A stretch of DNA of 64,000 nucleotides from assembly GCF_009914755.1 (NCBI RefSeq), contig NC_060936.1. One strand, 5' to 3'. The position numbers were made by a program, and so were the translations under genes. Below, one piece after another: positions 1 through 14,775 of the stretch. The notes under the pieces are model-generated. The model did no database searches, was not told where the DNA came from, and saw only the letters and a program-made list of their open reading frames with translations. This DNA is from the human T2T-CHM13v2.0 reference genome, Homo sapiens. Every line of letters starts with the position of its first letter. Within the stretch, counting starts at the first letter, position 1.

Positions 1-16
1 CATTGCATCATTCAGA

Positions 17-30
17 GTGCCCCCTGGTGG
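17..30 (-). promoter_or_regulatory. CTCF core motif
   Basis: Reverse complement CCACCAGGGGGCAC fits the CTCF consensus CCASYAGRKGGCRS. Confidence 0.6.
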
Positions 31-365
31 AGCCCTCATCGCTGAGAGTTTTGGGATGTTGTTATTGCTGAATACTACAATTAATTGCACAGACAGATTA
101 ATTGCAGATGATTCTAGGACAAGGGGTCCTTCCTGGAAAGACTCTGAGAAACAGCAATTCAGAAGGAGAGGCAGATTTGGGCCAGGACAGGAGGCACCGG
201 GCCCACGGATGCCGCAGAGAGAGAGACAGAATTAATTGCAGAGACAGAAACAGAGAAAAACAGATGGAGACAGAGACAGAAAGAGAGAGAAGAGGATGGG
301 CTGAGAGGGCCCTTTGCTGGATTCCTCTGTTGGCTGCGTAGAAAACTAAGAACAGATTTTTTTTA

Positions 366-687
<322 letters not shown>

Positions 688-1411
688 CCAGACTCTCTCT
701 AACCTGGTGAGTGAGTTTCTGTTCAAGAAATGACCGAAAATAGATCTATAAAGGTTAGGTTGGGACCCATAAGATGTGGCAAGGCCACCAGTGGCCCAAA
801 GCCTCTGAGACTGAAACAAACTAGTCCTGGGGGTCAGAAGAGGCTGCCACGTACAGACAGGCAGGTTGGTCCCTGCAACAAAGGTACTAGGCCAAGGAGA
901 TGTCTAGTGAGGGGGAGCGGTCTGTCTACCAAGCCATTGCCCCAGGCCCAGGGTTGTGCCCACCTGGAAGATGGGAAGCCTTTCTCTAATATGTACAAAG
1001 ATGCCCTATGGGCGAATGACAGTGCTGGTTCAGAGGGAGTGGGAACCTGGTGACTGTCAGTCTGGAACTATCCCCAAGCTAGCAAAAGTCTGGAAGGAAA
1101 AGGTTCAGTTTCAGCCTCATTGAATTATACGGGAACCTCAACCTCCCACAGGAGAGAAACACAGAGCAGAAAAGGAGATGACTTTCATTTGTTTTGATTT
1201 TCAAAATACCTTATTTGCTTGAAGATCAGAGATAAGCCATTGTTGCCAGGTAAATGCTACTTTAATTTGTTTTTCCTCTTTCAGGAGACTTGTCTTCTTT
1301 CAGTTTTGATGGGAATGATATTTTAAAGTGATTTTCATTGGCAACTTTCCTTTGGAGATTCAAAGTCTAGAATGGGAAAGCAAACCCTTCCCAAACCCTG
1401 AGACTATCTAA

Positions 1412-1930
<519 letters not shown>

Positions 1931-2654
1931 TGACATTCCAGCTAGGGAAGACAGACAAAAGACAAGTCAAATAAGCAACATCATGTCAGTCAATGCCAAG
2001 TGCCACACCAAGAGTTAAGACATGGTGATGTGCTAGACAAAGACAAAGACCACACTGAGACCACATGGTCAGAAAAGGCCTCTCTGAGGGAGTGACACAT
2101 ATATGAGATCTGCCTGGCAAGCAGGAAGCTCTTCCATGCAGATGATCGCCCAATATTTGCTAATTACAATATGGCGCACCAACATCATCAACATGAAAGC
2201 TCTGCAAAGCATTTTATAAAACCTGGAAATATTCACAGCCAGGCTCATGCCGGTTGGCAAGGCCAGTCTCTCAAGGTGATTGAGAATACACAGCTGGTCC
2301 TTGGTAACTATCTTCAGCTGACATCAAAAACCATGTATTGATTATCACTGATGACAATGATGTCCTCCATTTGAGGGGTGGAGTGAAGTGTAGTGTGGTG
2401 GGAAGATCAGAGGGATAAATTCCCTCGTCCCTTCCTCTGCTGCTGCCACTCCTAATCCCTCCTTTTGAAGCTTCTGACAGCATGGCCCTTGGAGATCTGG
2501 CTCTATCATTTCCAAGCTGTGTGACCTTGGACAAGTAACTTTGCCTCTCTGAGCCTCAATTTCCTCATTTGAAATGAAAACCTCCCTATGTTCTTGATTC
2601 GAAAACATGCATTTCCCCCATATTTCAATGATGCCAAAATCAAAATAGGTTTTT

Positions 2655-2825
2655 TAATCCAGTGCCTCTCAGACTTCAGTGCGCACAAAAATCCCCTGGG
2701 GATGTTGTTAAAAATGCAGATTCTGATTCAGGAGGTCTGAGGTGGAGGCCAAGATTCTGCACTTCTCCCAAGTTCTCAGGTGACGTGGATGCTGCTGGTT
2801 GACGGACCACCCTTCAGTAGCCAGA
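2655..2825. mobile_element. MER5A-like hAT-Charlie element
   Basis: aaaatgcagattctgattcaggaggtctgaggtggaggccaagattctgca core. Confidence 0.7.
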
Positions 2826-4427
2826 AAGCAGCGGACTTATACATTTAATGTGGTTGTTATTAAATCTAGGGGCAAAGCTACAGTTGATGGAATTTTCGAT
2901 TTCAGGAAATGCATTAACCCTGTGTTTCATTTTATTCCCCCAGTAACCCCATAAAAATGTTTGTAAAGCACCCAGCACACAGCTCGGTACGTCGAAAACA
3001 TTAATAGATGTTAGCTCACTCCTTTGAAAACCTCAGGAGCTGGTGCGGGATGTGAAGGCAGACGCTGGACTTTGAGGTCCATCTATAATTGGATGCTATC
3101 CCCATGAGGCCGAATGCAGGAGGGGGCGGGACGCCGGCAGGCGCAGCAGAGAGAAAAATGTTAATTCCTCTCTCCATCCCCACATCCTCCAGCTCAGGGA
3201 CGTGTTTGATCAGGCCTGCATCAAACGACACATTTGCAACAAGACAAAACCGAACGCAGGGGACTTGAGCCTGTTTGAATTGGTCCCACTCACCCCCCGG
3301 CCACCCCCCACCCTGACCTCCTTCAGACGGACACGTGCAAAAGCTTGTTTCAAGCCACAAAAACTGAGAAGCACCTGGACAATTCTGCCTGCTATGAGAG
3401 TCTCCAAGGGGAGGGGCCGGCAGGAGAAGCAGGAAGGGGAATTTGGGTTTTATTTAGGGACTGGGAACTTGGGAGCAGAGAAAGAAAGAGAGGAAGAGGG
3501 TTAGCTAGAAAGGAAGTTGAGGAAGCAGGGTACGATTTATAACCCTCCAACCACTCATAACAGGAATGATGCCATCTTGTAAACAGCGTATTCAAGTTTG
3601 CACCTTCCAGTCCATTCTCTCACCTGATATGGGCAACAGCGCTAGGAAGAGGCAGTAAAGGGCTTTATTACCTTTTATTTTTCAGCTGAGGAAACTGAGA
3701 CTTGGAGACTTATGTGCAATTACCCTCAAGCAAGTGGTGAACTGGATTCAGTCCATGCAGATGTCTGGGGTGGGATACTGAGATGCTGCGTTGCTCATGA
3801 GCTCCCAGGTGATGAGAAGGGGCCTGGTCCATGGACTACACGTGGAGCAGCAGAGATGTATCGACTTGTCCATTGAAGAGACACAGACCAGGAAATTGAT
3901 CTGCTGCCACCCCAGAACTGTGTCATTTATTTATTCTGCCCATACGTATTGGGTGTTTCTCCTGTCCCAGGCATTGTATTGAGATACAGTAGAAGACTAG
4001 AAGACGAGACAGGCCTGCTCCCTGACCTGGTGGACTTTAGACCTAAAGCAAATAAATTAGACTCTTACAAAGTGTAATAAGAGGGGTTTTGCTTACAGCA
4101 CACAGAAGTACATTATATTGTGGGGATGGATGTGATGTGTAAAAGGGCCACAGCGAAGAGACACGGGTCGGTGTAGCAGAGGCAGGATATCTGCAGACAG
4201 GCTTGAGTGTCAGACTCTCACTTCTCTTGAGAGTCTCTGAGAGTGGTATGCCTTAGTATGTCCATACAAGTGGTGGGAAAATTACCCCCCAACCACAGTA
4301 TGGACGCTGAAGCCCAGCCCTCAGTTTACTGTGAGAGTTAGCTCTTTGGATTTTTTGAATTGCAAAGGATGTCATTGACCCCAGTGTTACCCTTTCTTCA
4401 CGGGGTCCTCCGAAAATTCTGGGAATA

Positions 4428-4564
4428 TGGTTGCCAGAGTTGGCAAATAAAAACACAGGATGGTCAGTTAAATTAGAAATTCAGATAGACAAGGAATAAC
4501 TAGGGGCATATAAGTATAGCCCAAAATTTGGGATATACTTATACTAAAAAATTTAGCAACCCTA
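4428..4564. mobile_element. MER53-like MITE (internally deleted)
   Basis: ggttgccag...gcaaataaaaacacagg...gggatatacttatactaaaaaa...gcaaccc inverted termini. Confidence 0.7.
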
Positions 4565-4881
4565 ACTGGGAAGCTTTTAAAAATATCAGTGTCCTGGCCA
4601 CAAGCCCAGATATTCAGGGTCAACAGGTATTAGCACTGTTTTGAAACTCCCAGGTGATTTTAATCAGTTGCTAACAGATGAGATCCACTGATTTGAAAGT
4701 GGCAAATCCAAGCTGGTGAAAAGAGCTAGTTCCACAGGGCAGTGATCACCTGGCCTTATTGCTATGACCCTGGGAGAGGCTGGGAATCTCCTACATTCAA
4801 TTTTAAAAGCAGTCTTGGGGTTAAACATGCTACAGATGATTTTCAGCCCCTTGCCAATGCTTAATAAGAACTATTTTGATG

Positions 4882-5187
<306 letters not shown>

Positions 5188-5912
5188 AGAACTATTGTGA
5201 TGGACTAGCAGCTGTGAATGAAGGCAGCAGCAATGAGTGAAATAGTAACCAACTCCTTAGTCTAATATTTAATATTATTATTATTGCTTTTATTGGGCCC
5301 TTACCCTGTGCCAGGTACTGTGTTAAGCATTTTCACAACATGCTGTTAGTTTGTTAACTAACCCTCACAGCAATGCTGTAAGATAGGCACTATTATAATG
5401 CCCATTTCAGAAATGAAGAATTTGAGGCCCAGAGAGGTTAACTATTTTTCCCAAGGTCACATAGTCCTTTGATGAACTCTGACTCACTGGCCAGACTGAT
5501 GTGACTGGCTTGGTAGAAATCTAAAGGGAGAGGGGTTGGTAGAGTGGGGAGTGTACCCCCTGCCCTTATCAGCCCTCCACTGGGCCAGCTCTGTAGAGGA
5601 TGATAGCAACTCCAAAACTGTAGGCTTTCCTGGGAGGAACAGTTAGAAGCTGACATCACCTGGATACATAGTTCCAGACTTAGTAGATCCAGAACACCTG
5701 TTGCAAAACCTTTTTTCTCAAAAACCCTAGAAGAGAACTCTGGACGAGAAGGAAGCAAACTTCTTGGCTACTGAGAAGGACAGTGTGTATGCTGGTCCCA
5801 AGGACAAGAAGGAGAGCTGGCTCTTGAGTCCCCTGTAGCAGAGAAGGGGAGGTTGTCAGGACCCCATGCACTGAGCATCTCTTCTGTATTCCCTGGTCTT
5901 CCCTCTCCCCCA

Positions 5913-5913
<1 letters not shown>

Positions 5914-5956
<43 letters not shown>
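5914..5956. repeat. (CT)n microsatellite
   Basis: About 21 perfect CT units. Confidence 0.95.
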
Positions 5957-5957
<1 letters not shown>

Positions 5958-6182
5958 GGCTTCTCCATACCAGTTACAACTACTTAGATCTACACATATA
6001 GTTTAATGTGGTCACCTTGCACCTGCTGAGTTTACATATCCTCGGTCAGCAACAGATAATTTAATGTGGTGATCAGAAAATGGACAAGTGAAAGTGTATT
6101 CGTTTGGAAGTCTGGAAGGTGTACTAGTTTCCTGTTGCTGCTGCCATTTGGGCACTTGGCTTAGCTTTCTGAGCCATCTTCC

Positions 6183-6311
6183 TTTTTTTTTTTAGTAGAG
6201 ATGGGATCTTGCCATGTTGCCCAGGCTGGTCTAACTCCTGGGCTCAGGCAATCCTCCTGAGTTGGCCTAGCAAAGTGTTGGGATTACAGGCATGAGCCAC
6301 TGCACCTAGCT
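6183..6311 (-). mobile_element. Alu monomer (FLAM-like)
   Basis: Single reverse left-arm monomer. Confidence 0.85.
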
Positions 6312-6329
6312 ATATTTCTTTTCTTTTCT

Positions 6330-8159
<1,830 letters not shown>

Positions 8160-9627
8160 AAAAAAAAAATACATCAGGTTATGAACTGGTTATTAGGGCT
8201 AGGTCTGGGGTGGGGGAGGGTAAGGAAGTGGAAGGTATGCAAAAAGAAGAGGACAAAGTGAGGAGAGAGGGTGTGAGGGAGGAATAAAGAAAGAAAACCC
8301 TCTATTATAAGAAAAAAATGACCATGTTTAAGCCAGCACGTGTGACATGAGCCCATTCATTTAAAATTCCATTTATATAAAATTAGATACATGTGTGTGA
8401 GTTAATACACAAAGAAATGAATGAAAGAATGGTCACCAAATATAAATGGCTAACAGGATGATGGGCTTTCAGGTAATTTTTATTGCCTTCCTTCTATTTT
8501 TATGTAAAAGTTTGAATATTTTTTACAATCAGCATGTATTATTTACATAATTTAAATATTATAAAACTATTTTATGTGACAGTTTTAAAAAATTAAAAAG
8601 AAAAAAGATTAGATTCCCAATTCCAAACTTTAGGTGAGAGAGGATCTGATTAGCCCATCTTGGATCAGGTGATCACCCTTGATCCAATCAGCCTGGGAGG
8701 CAGGGTCACATGACACCAACATGGCTCCCAAGGGCTTTCTCCATTAGGGGATGAGGGAATGTGAGGTGAAGAAGGGTGTTGACCTGGCACACGCCCCAGA
8801 AATATTGATTACTCCATGTTAGGGATTTTGTTAAAGAAGAACTGTATGTGAGCCATGATCAAAGTGTTATAACCTTGAATTTGCTATTTTAATTTCTGAC
8901 CTAATCTGAGTCAAGGCCAGCCATCTTGATGGAAAGCTCAGCTATAATTCTCAGACTTTCCTGGGTATGGATATGGTTTTAGGCATTCTTCCTTGGTGAA
9001 AGGCTATAGCTAAGATGACCAATGGTTTCTGCTGAGACAGTGATGGGGCTGGCCCCTGAGCCAGGTTCCCAGGGAGGGATGATTTGTAGACCAGAGTTCC
9101 AGCCCTGACTGGGCTTCCCATGGCTTCCCAGACTCCCTCCTGTAGCAGATCAGTGAGGTGAAGTTCCAGAAGACCTTGTTTCCAGCCCTGCTTCATGTCT
9201 TACCAACTGTGTGACCTTGATCAACTCATTTAACCTCTCTTGGCCTCAGTTTCCTCATTTGTAGAGTAGGGATAATAATGCCTACTTCTTGGAGGTGCCC
9301 AGGGGATTCCTGGAGATGATATACATAAAGGATTTAGTACAGAGAAAATGCCTGATAATTTTTTATCTTCATGATTATCATGATCATCATCATCATCATC
9401 ACTATTAACAGCCACAATGTGCTTGGATTCCAGAAAAGTCACACACGAGCATCCTGGGTCCAGATGCAAACAAGGCCCTCAGAAAGAGATACCAGGAGCC
9501 AGGAGCAATATCTGCCCCACTGGCTGTGTGAGGATTGAGGAATGAATGCCCATAAGTGTGAAGAGCTCAGAACAGTGTCCGGAACAAAGCACACACCCAA
9601 TAAATGCTAGCTGTAGTGAATACCTAT

Positions 9628-9890
9628 AAAGAGAGAGGAGAGGGGGGGAAGGAGGGAGGAGGAGGGGAGAATAAGAAAGTCACACCCACACCCAGAGAAA
9701 AAACAGAGGAAGAGAGAGAGGGAGGGAAGGAGAGACAGAAAGAGATGGAGAGAGAGAAGGGGAAGGGAAAAGGGGAAGAGAAGGAGGAATGAAGGGAAGA
9801 GAAGGAAAGGGACAAGAGAGAAAAAGGAAAACCAAACATAGATGAGGAGACAGAGGCAGAGACATGGAAAGATAGAACATGAAAGAGACA
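9628..9890. repeat. GA-rich low-complexity tract
   Basis: Purine-rich plus strand. Confidence 0.85.
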
Positions 9891-11277
9891 GTATGTATCT
9901 AGGGGTCTCTTGTCCTCTCCCCAGATCGCCACCCAAGCTGTTCCCACTGCCACCCTTTTATCCACCTTCCCCAACCTGGCGTGAAAATCCACACCTTCCA
10001 CCCGTCCATGCCAGGTTGCAGAGGGCTGTCCAGCTTGTTCCCTACCCACAGGCTTACTGATGGGGCTGTGGTGGGCGCTGGCTGTCTCTGCAGTCATCTG
10101 TCTTGGACTCATCTAGATCCTATCGGTTGTAAGTACCACCGACCACACTGACCTATCTGCTGCCCCGCTGGCCTCCACCCCGGCTTCCCTATTGGTCCAT
10201 CAGAACAATAAATGTCCTGCTGTCACTTTCTATTTGCCCACCACCCCTCCTGCTTGGATCCAGGACAGGCAGGGCCACAAAAGGAGATTTATACAATAAG
10301 ATCCTATCCCTATGCAACTGTCATCCTCCACCCATCTGCAGAGGGGCAACTAGGGGCAGGGGGCTCTGTGGGGGCACCTGCAAGGGGCTCCACCATGGTC
10401 CTCACCCCTGGGCAGCAGCAGCGGCGCTGATGGATGAAGAGGCCAGCTTCCCTTGCACTGTCTGCCTGCACTCCGCTCAATACTGCTCAGAGTGGCTCTA
10501 TTTGTGTTGGGTGATGTATAGGTCTATCTGGGCACCATTGGAGTGGAGTGGATCCTGCTGCCACCTCTCCCTCCTCACCTCAGCCCCTCCGTCAAGAGGG
10601 AGGCAGTGAATTCAGCCAAATCGCTTCACCAGCCTTCTGCCTTCTGGTGCCCTGGGCAGTGAGCATGGCTGTGGCAGTCATGAGATGAGGAGGCCTCCCA
10701 GGACATGTCACATGCAAGAGCGCATGTAGATGATGGGTCAGTTCGAAAACATGTGCATCTACTACGTGCCAGGAACCGTGCAATACATGCGGGATCCGAG
10801 GCTCCATTAGACATGTTCCATGCCCTTGGGGAGTCTGGTGAGTTAGGCAGGGAATGTGTCCAAAACCAAATAAGGATGAAGGAAGCACCAAAGTAAGTGT
10901 CCCTTTGTGTGCCACGATCACTTGCTTATCCTTCAAATATTCAGTATGAAATGGTCACAGGTTTCTGCACTTGGTCACTGAGAGGCTGGGAGGATGAAAT
11001 ATGTAGAATGCTCAGCACAGTGCCTGGCACCCGACAGGCCTGCAGTAAGTAACAGGCAGCTAGAGTGAGGCTGCCGGGGTGCAAATTCCAGCTCAAGCTT
11101 GAGCAAGCCCTTAGTGTCTTTTTATTTCTGTTTCCTCACCTGTAAAATGGGAAGAATCATAGTAAGTCCCTCATCAGGTTACTGTGAGAGTGAAATGAAT
11201 TAACATGCATGCAAAGCTCTTAGACCACTATCTGGCACGTCTGAATCTTGTGGAAGTGCAAGCTGTTTTTATTATTA

Positions 11278-12232
11278 CAGCAGTGTCCCCTGACCTGAGG
11301 GGGATACATTTCAAGACTTTTAGTGGATGCTTAAAACCATGGATAGTAATACACAGATGGTCCCCAACATATGATGGTTAGACTTATAATTTTCTGACTT
11401 TACAATGGTGTGAGAGTGATATGCATTCAGCAGAAAACATACTTACAGTACCCATACAACCATTCAATTTTTTACTTTAAGTACAGTATTCAATATATAA
11501 GAAGAAGCTGGGCACAGTGGTTCACGCCTGTAATCCCAGCACTTTGGGAGGCCAAGGTGGGAGGATCACTTGAGGCCAGGAGTTCAAGACCACCCTGGGA
11601 AACAGTACCTCGTCTCTACAAAAATAAAAATTAAAAGATTAGCCAGGTGTGGTGGCACGCACTTGTATCCTAGCTACTCAGGAGGCTGAGGTGGGAGGAT
11701 GGCCTGAGCCCAGGAGTTCAGGGTTGCAGTGAGCTATGATCATGCCACTGCACTCCAGCCTGAGTAACAGAGCAGCCTGTTACTCAGAAAAAAAAAAAAT
11801 TAAAATTAAGAGATGAGATATTCAGTGCTTTGTTAGAAAATAGGTTTTGTGTTAGACGATTTTTTTTCAACTGTAGGCTAGTGTAAGTGTTTTGAGGATG
11901 TTTAAGGTATGCTAGGCTAAGCTCTGATGTTTGGTAGGTTAGAGGTATTAAATGCATTTTCAACTTAAAGATCTTTTCAACTGAACGAAGGGTTTATCAG
12001 GACATAACCCTATTGTGAGTTGAGGAACATCCGTACTGTTTTTTCCTATACACACATGCCTGTGGTAAAGCTTAATTTATAAATTAGGCACAATAAGAGA
12101 CTAACAACAATAACGAATAAAATACAACAATTGTAACAATATACTGCGATAAAAGATACGTGAATGCGGCCTCTCACTTTCTCAGAATATCTTAGCGTAC
12201 TGTATTGTACCATGGGTAAAGGGGACTACTGA
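11278..12232. mobile_element. Nested Tigger elements: outer Tigger7/MER44-group, inner MER47/Tigger5-type (~11354-12032)
   Basis: Outer ends cagcagtgtcccc...ggggactactg; inner ends cagatggtcccc...gaggaacatccg. Confidence 0.7.
11506..11810 (+). mobile_element. Alu (J-type) inside the inner Tigger element
   Basis: Alu consensus with J diagnostics (gaggccaggagttcaag, ggaggatggcctgagccc). Confidence 0.92.
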
Positions 12233-12446
12233 ACATGCTAGCTATTGGTTTTACTTTCCTCGATGCTGCAGTTCTTTGGGAGCTTGAGGTTTCACCTGCA
12301 AAATGGGGATAATAGCAGTTTATCTACCTAATAGGTGAGGATTAAAAGAGATAATGTAGGGAGATAATGTATATTCAGGGCAACTTGAATCTATGTTCCT
12401 GGGCAAAAACATTATTTTTAATAAGACAGATAATGTATGCAAAATG

Positions 12447-12798
12447 CCGTCTTAGTCCATTTTCTGCCGCTATAACAGAATACCACAGACTGGGTAATTT
12501 ATAAGGAAAAGACATGTATTTCTCAGTTCTGGAGGCCGGAAGTCCAATAGCAAGGTGCCAGCATCTGGTGAGGGGCTTCTTGCTGTGTTATCCCATGGTG
12601 AAAGGAGGAAGCACAAGCTAACATGAGAGACAGACAGCAAGAGAAAAGGGGGTCCACTACTGCGATAAGGGTATTAATCCATTCACGAGGGCAGAGTTCT
12701 CATGACCTGATCATCTCTTAAAGTTCTCACCTTGCAACACTGTTGCAATGGCAATTAAATTTTAGCATGAGCTTTGGAGGGGACATTCAAACCACAGC
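12447..12798 (-). mobile_element. MST-type MaLR solo LTR
   Basis: gtcttagtccattt...ggggacattcaaaccacagca termini. Confidence 0.85.
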
Positions 12799-14096
12799 AA
12801 ATGCTTATCTCAGGCGTGGTGCTTAGCAGGCACACAATATACTCGTAGTGATGATTATCTGTTCACGCAAGCTTGTGTTGGAATAATTAAGGTATTTGAC
12901 TTCTCCATCCTCCAGAGGAGGTTCATAGTGACATACATGGTAACAAATATGTATCATAGGTGCTGTAACTACATAAAACAAAGGCACATGGGTCTGGGCA
13001 GCTAGGATAGATAATTCCAGCCTCATCTACATCTACTCTTCACGCAGAGGAGACATCCTGGCACCTCCATGCCTTTGTGCTGGTAGGATTTTCCTCGCTG
13101 TATTCATTTCCTAGGGCTGTCATGACGGAATGTTACACACTAGGTACCTTAAAATAACAGATGTTTATCATTTCACTGTTCTGAAGGCCACAAGTCCAAA
13201 ATCAAGGTGTTGGCAGAGTTGATTCCTTCTGGAGGCTCTAGTAGAGAATCAGTTCTCTGCTGTCTCTCTTTTCAATTTCTTTTCTCATTTCTCTTATTTC
13301 TATATGCATTAAGACTCAATCTGGCTTAATGCCAAAGGGTATTTATGAACTCAAGTAACTGCAAAGTCCAGGAGATCGTGGTGGCTTCAGGTGCAGCTGG
13401 ACCCAGGGGCTCAAATGATATTTTCAGGCATCTGCTCTCCCACCATCTCTTGGCTCTGCTCTTCCCTTATTGGCTTTATTATCAGGCAGGCTCCTCTATC
13501 ACGGATGCACATATTATCAGTAGCCCAGCAGAAAGAGAGTGCCCCTTTCAGAATAGTTCCAGGCAAAGCCCTGCATGTCACTCCCTTGGTCTGGCTTGAG
13601 TCACAGGTCCAGAGTTGAACCAATCACTGTGCATTTGGTTGTCCAGGCTTGAGACCTTCACTCATTTATAACTGGGGGAAGGAGGTAGTGCCTTCAAAGG
13701 GAAATGGTTTGAAGTTTCTATACAAAGGGGGAAGGTATGATGAGCTTGCCAAAATACTGACTATTCTCCCCACTCTCCTTCCTTTCCTCTGATTCCACCT
13801 CAAATGCTGAGCTGGACTCATGATGTGTGCAGAGACCCTGAGTCCTGGGTGTTCTCCAAGAGCACATGCTAAGTGGTGGGTGGGGTGAGAAGAGACAAGC
13901 GTTTGAAAGGTGAGATGTCAGGGCAGAAGAAGACCACTCAGCACCAAGAGTTTCTTTTCAGGGAATAAAAATGTTGAGACTTGAGGCCATCATGTCCACT
14001 GCCTTAGTAGTATAAATGGAGAAACTGAGACCGAGGAGGTGAAGGGACTTGCTTGGGGTACCCTGTGAGTCAGTGGCAGAGCAAGAAGCAAAACAT

Positions 14097-14354
14097 TCAT
14101 CTCAGATTCCTGGGCTGGTCTTCATTCCCCCACACACTTGCATGGTCAGATGGGTGGTTGTTTTGTGGGATGTAGCTACCTGCTTGAAGGAGACTCTGGA
14201 GATGGTGCCCAAGAAGAGATGCCATTTTGGATGGACACTGAAGGATGAGTAAGCTTTTGCCAGGGTAGAAGGAATGGAACCCATACATCCAAATCCATAC
14301 ATCCTTCCATTCTCCCTCCTTCTCTTCCTTCCTTTCTCTCCCTCTCTCTTTCAT
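14097..14354 (-). CDS. 85-aa small ORF (MKERGRERKEE...QPRNLR) in the predicted last lncRNA exon; candidate MBOP micropeptide
   Basis: True ATG (plus-strand cat 14352-14354) and TGA (14097-14099), on the same strand as and inside the predicted last exon. Length matches my recollection of the 85-aa LINC01234 peptide. Weak Kozak context, no recognisable domain. Confidence 0.45.
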   Translation of the reverse strand: MKERGRERKEEKEGEWKDVWIWMYGFHSFYPGKSLLILQCPSKMASLLGHHLQSLLQAGSYIPQNNHPSDHASVWGNEDQPRNLR

Positions 14355-14634
14355 TTGATTCTCCCTCCAGCCCTCCCTCTGGTGTGACTTCGGAGGGAGT
14401 GATCCTGGCTAGCACCTGGGAAGAGAGGGAAGAATTTGTTACAGCATCCAGGACTGAACCCATGAGAGCCTGAAATGGAGGGGTAGTGGTGAGACCAGAA
14501 GTCATAGCGTTCAAAAGCTTCCCAAGAAATGCAGGTGTCCAAGCATGGAGGGTGCAGCTTCCCATGAACAAAAACAAAACAAAACAACAGCCTCAAAACC
14601 AGGAACTGTACCTCCCTTGCCCAGAGTGGCCACT

Positions 14635-14775
14635 AAAAAAATTAATTTTATTGTGGTAATCATTTTGCAGTGTATTCATATGTCGAATAATCACATTGGA
14701 CATCTTGAATATATGCCATTTTAACTTTTCAATTATACCTCAATAAAACTGGAAAATAAGTAAATAAAATAATGA
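14635..14775 (+). mobile_element. Old L1 3' end fragment
   Basis: tcaattatacctcaataaaactggaaaa, typical of L1M 3' termini. Confidence 0.7.
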
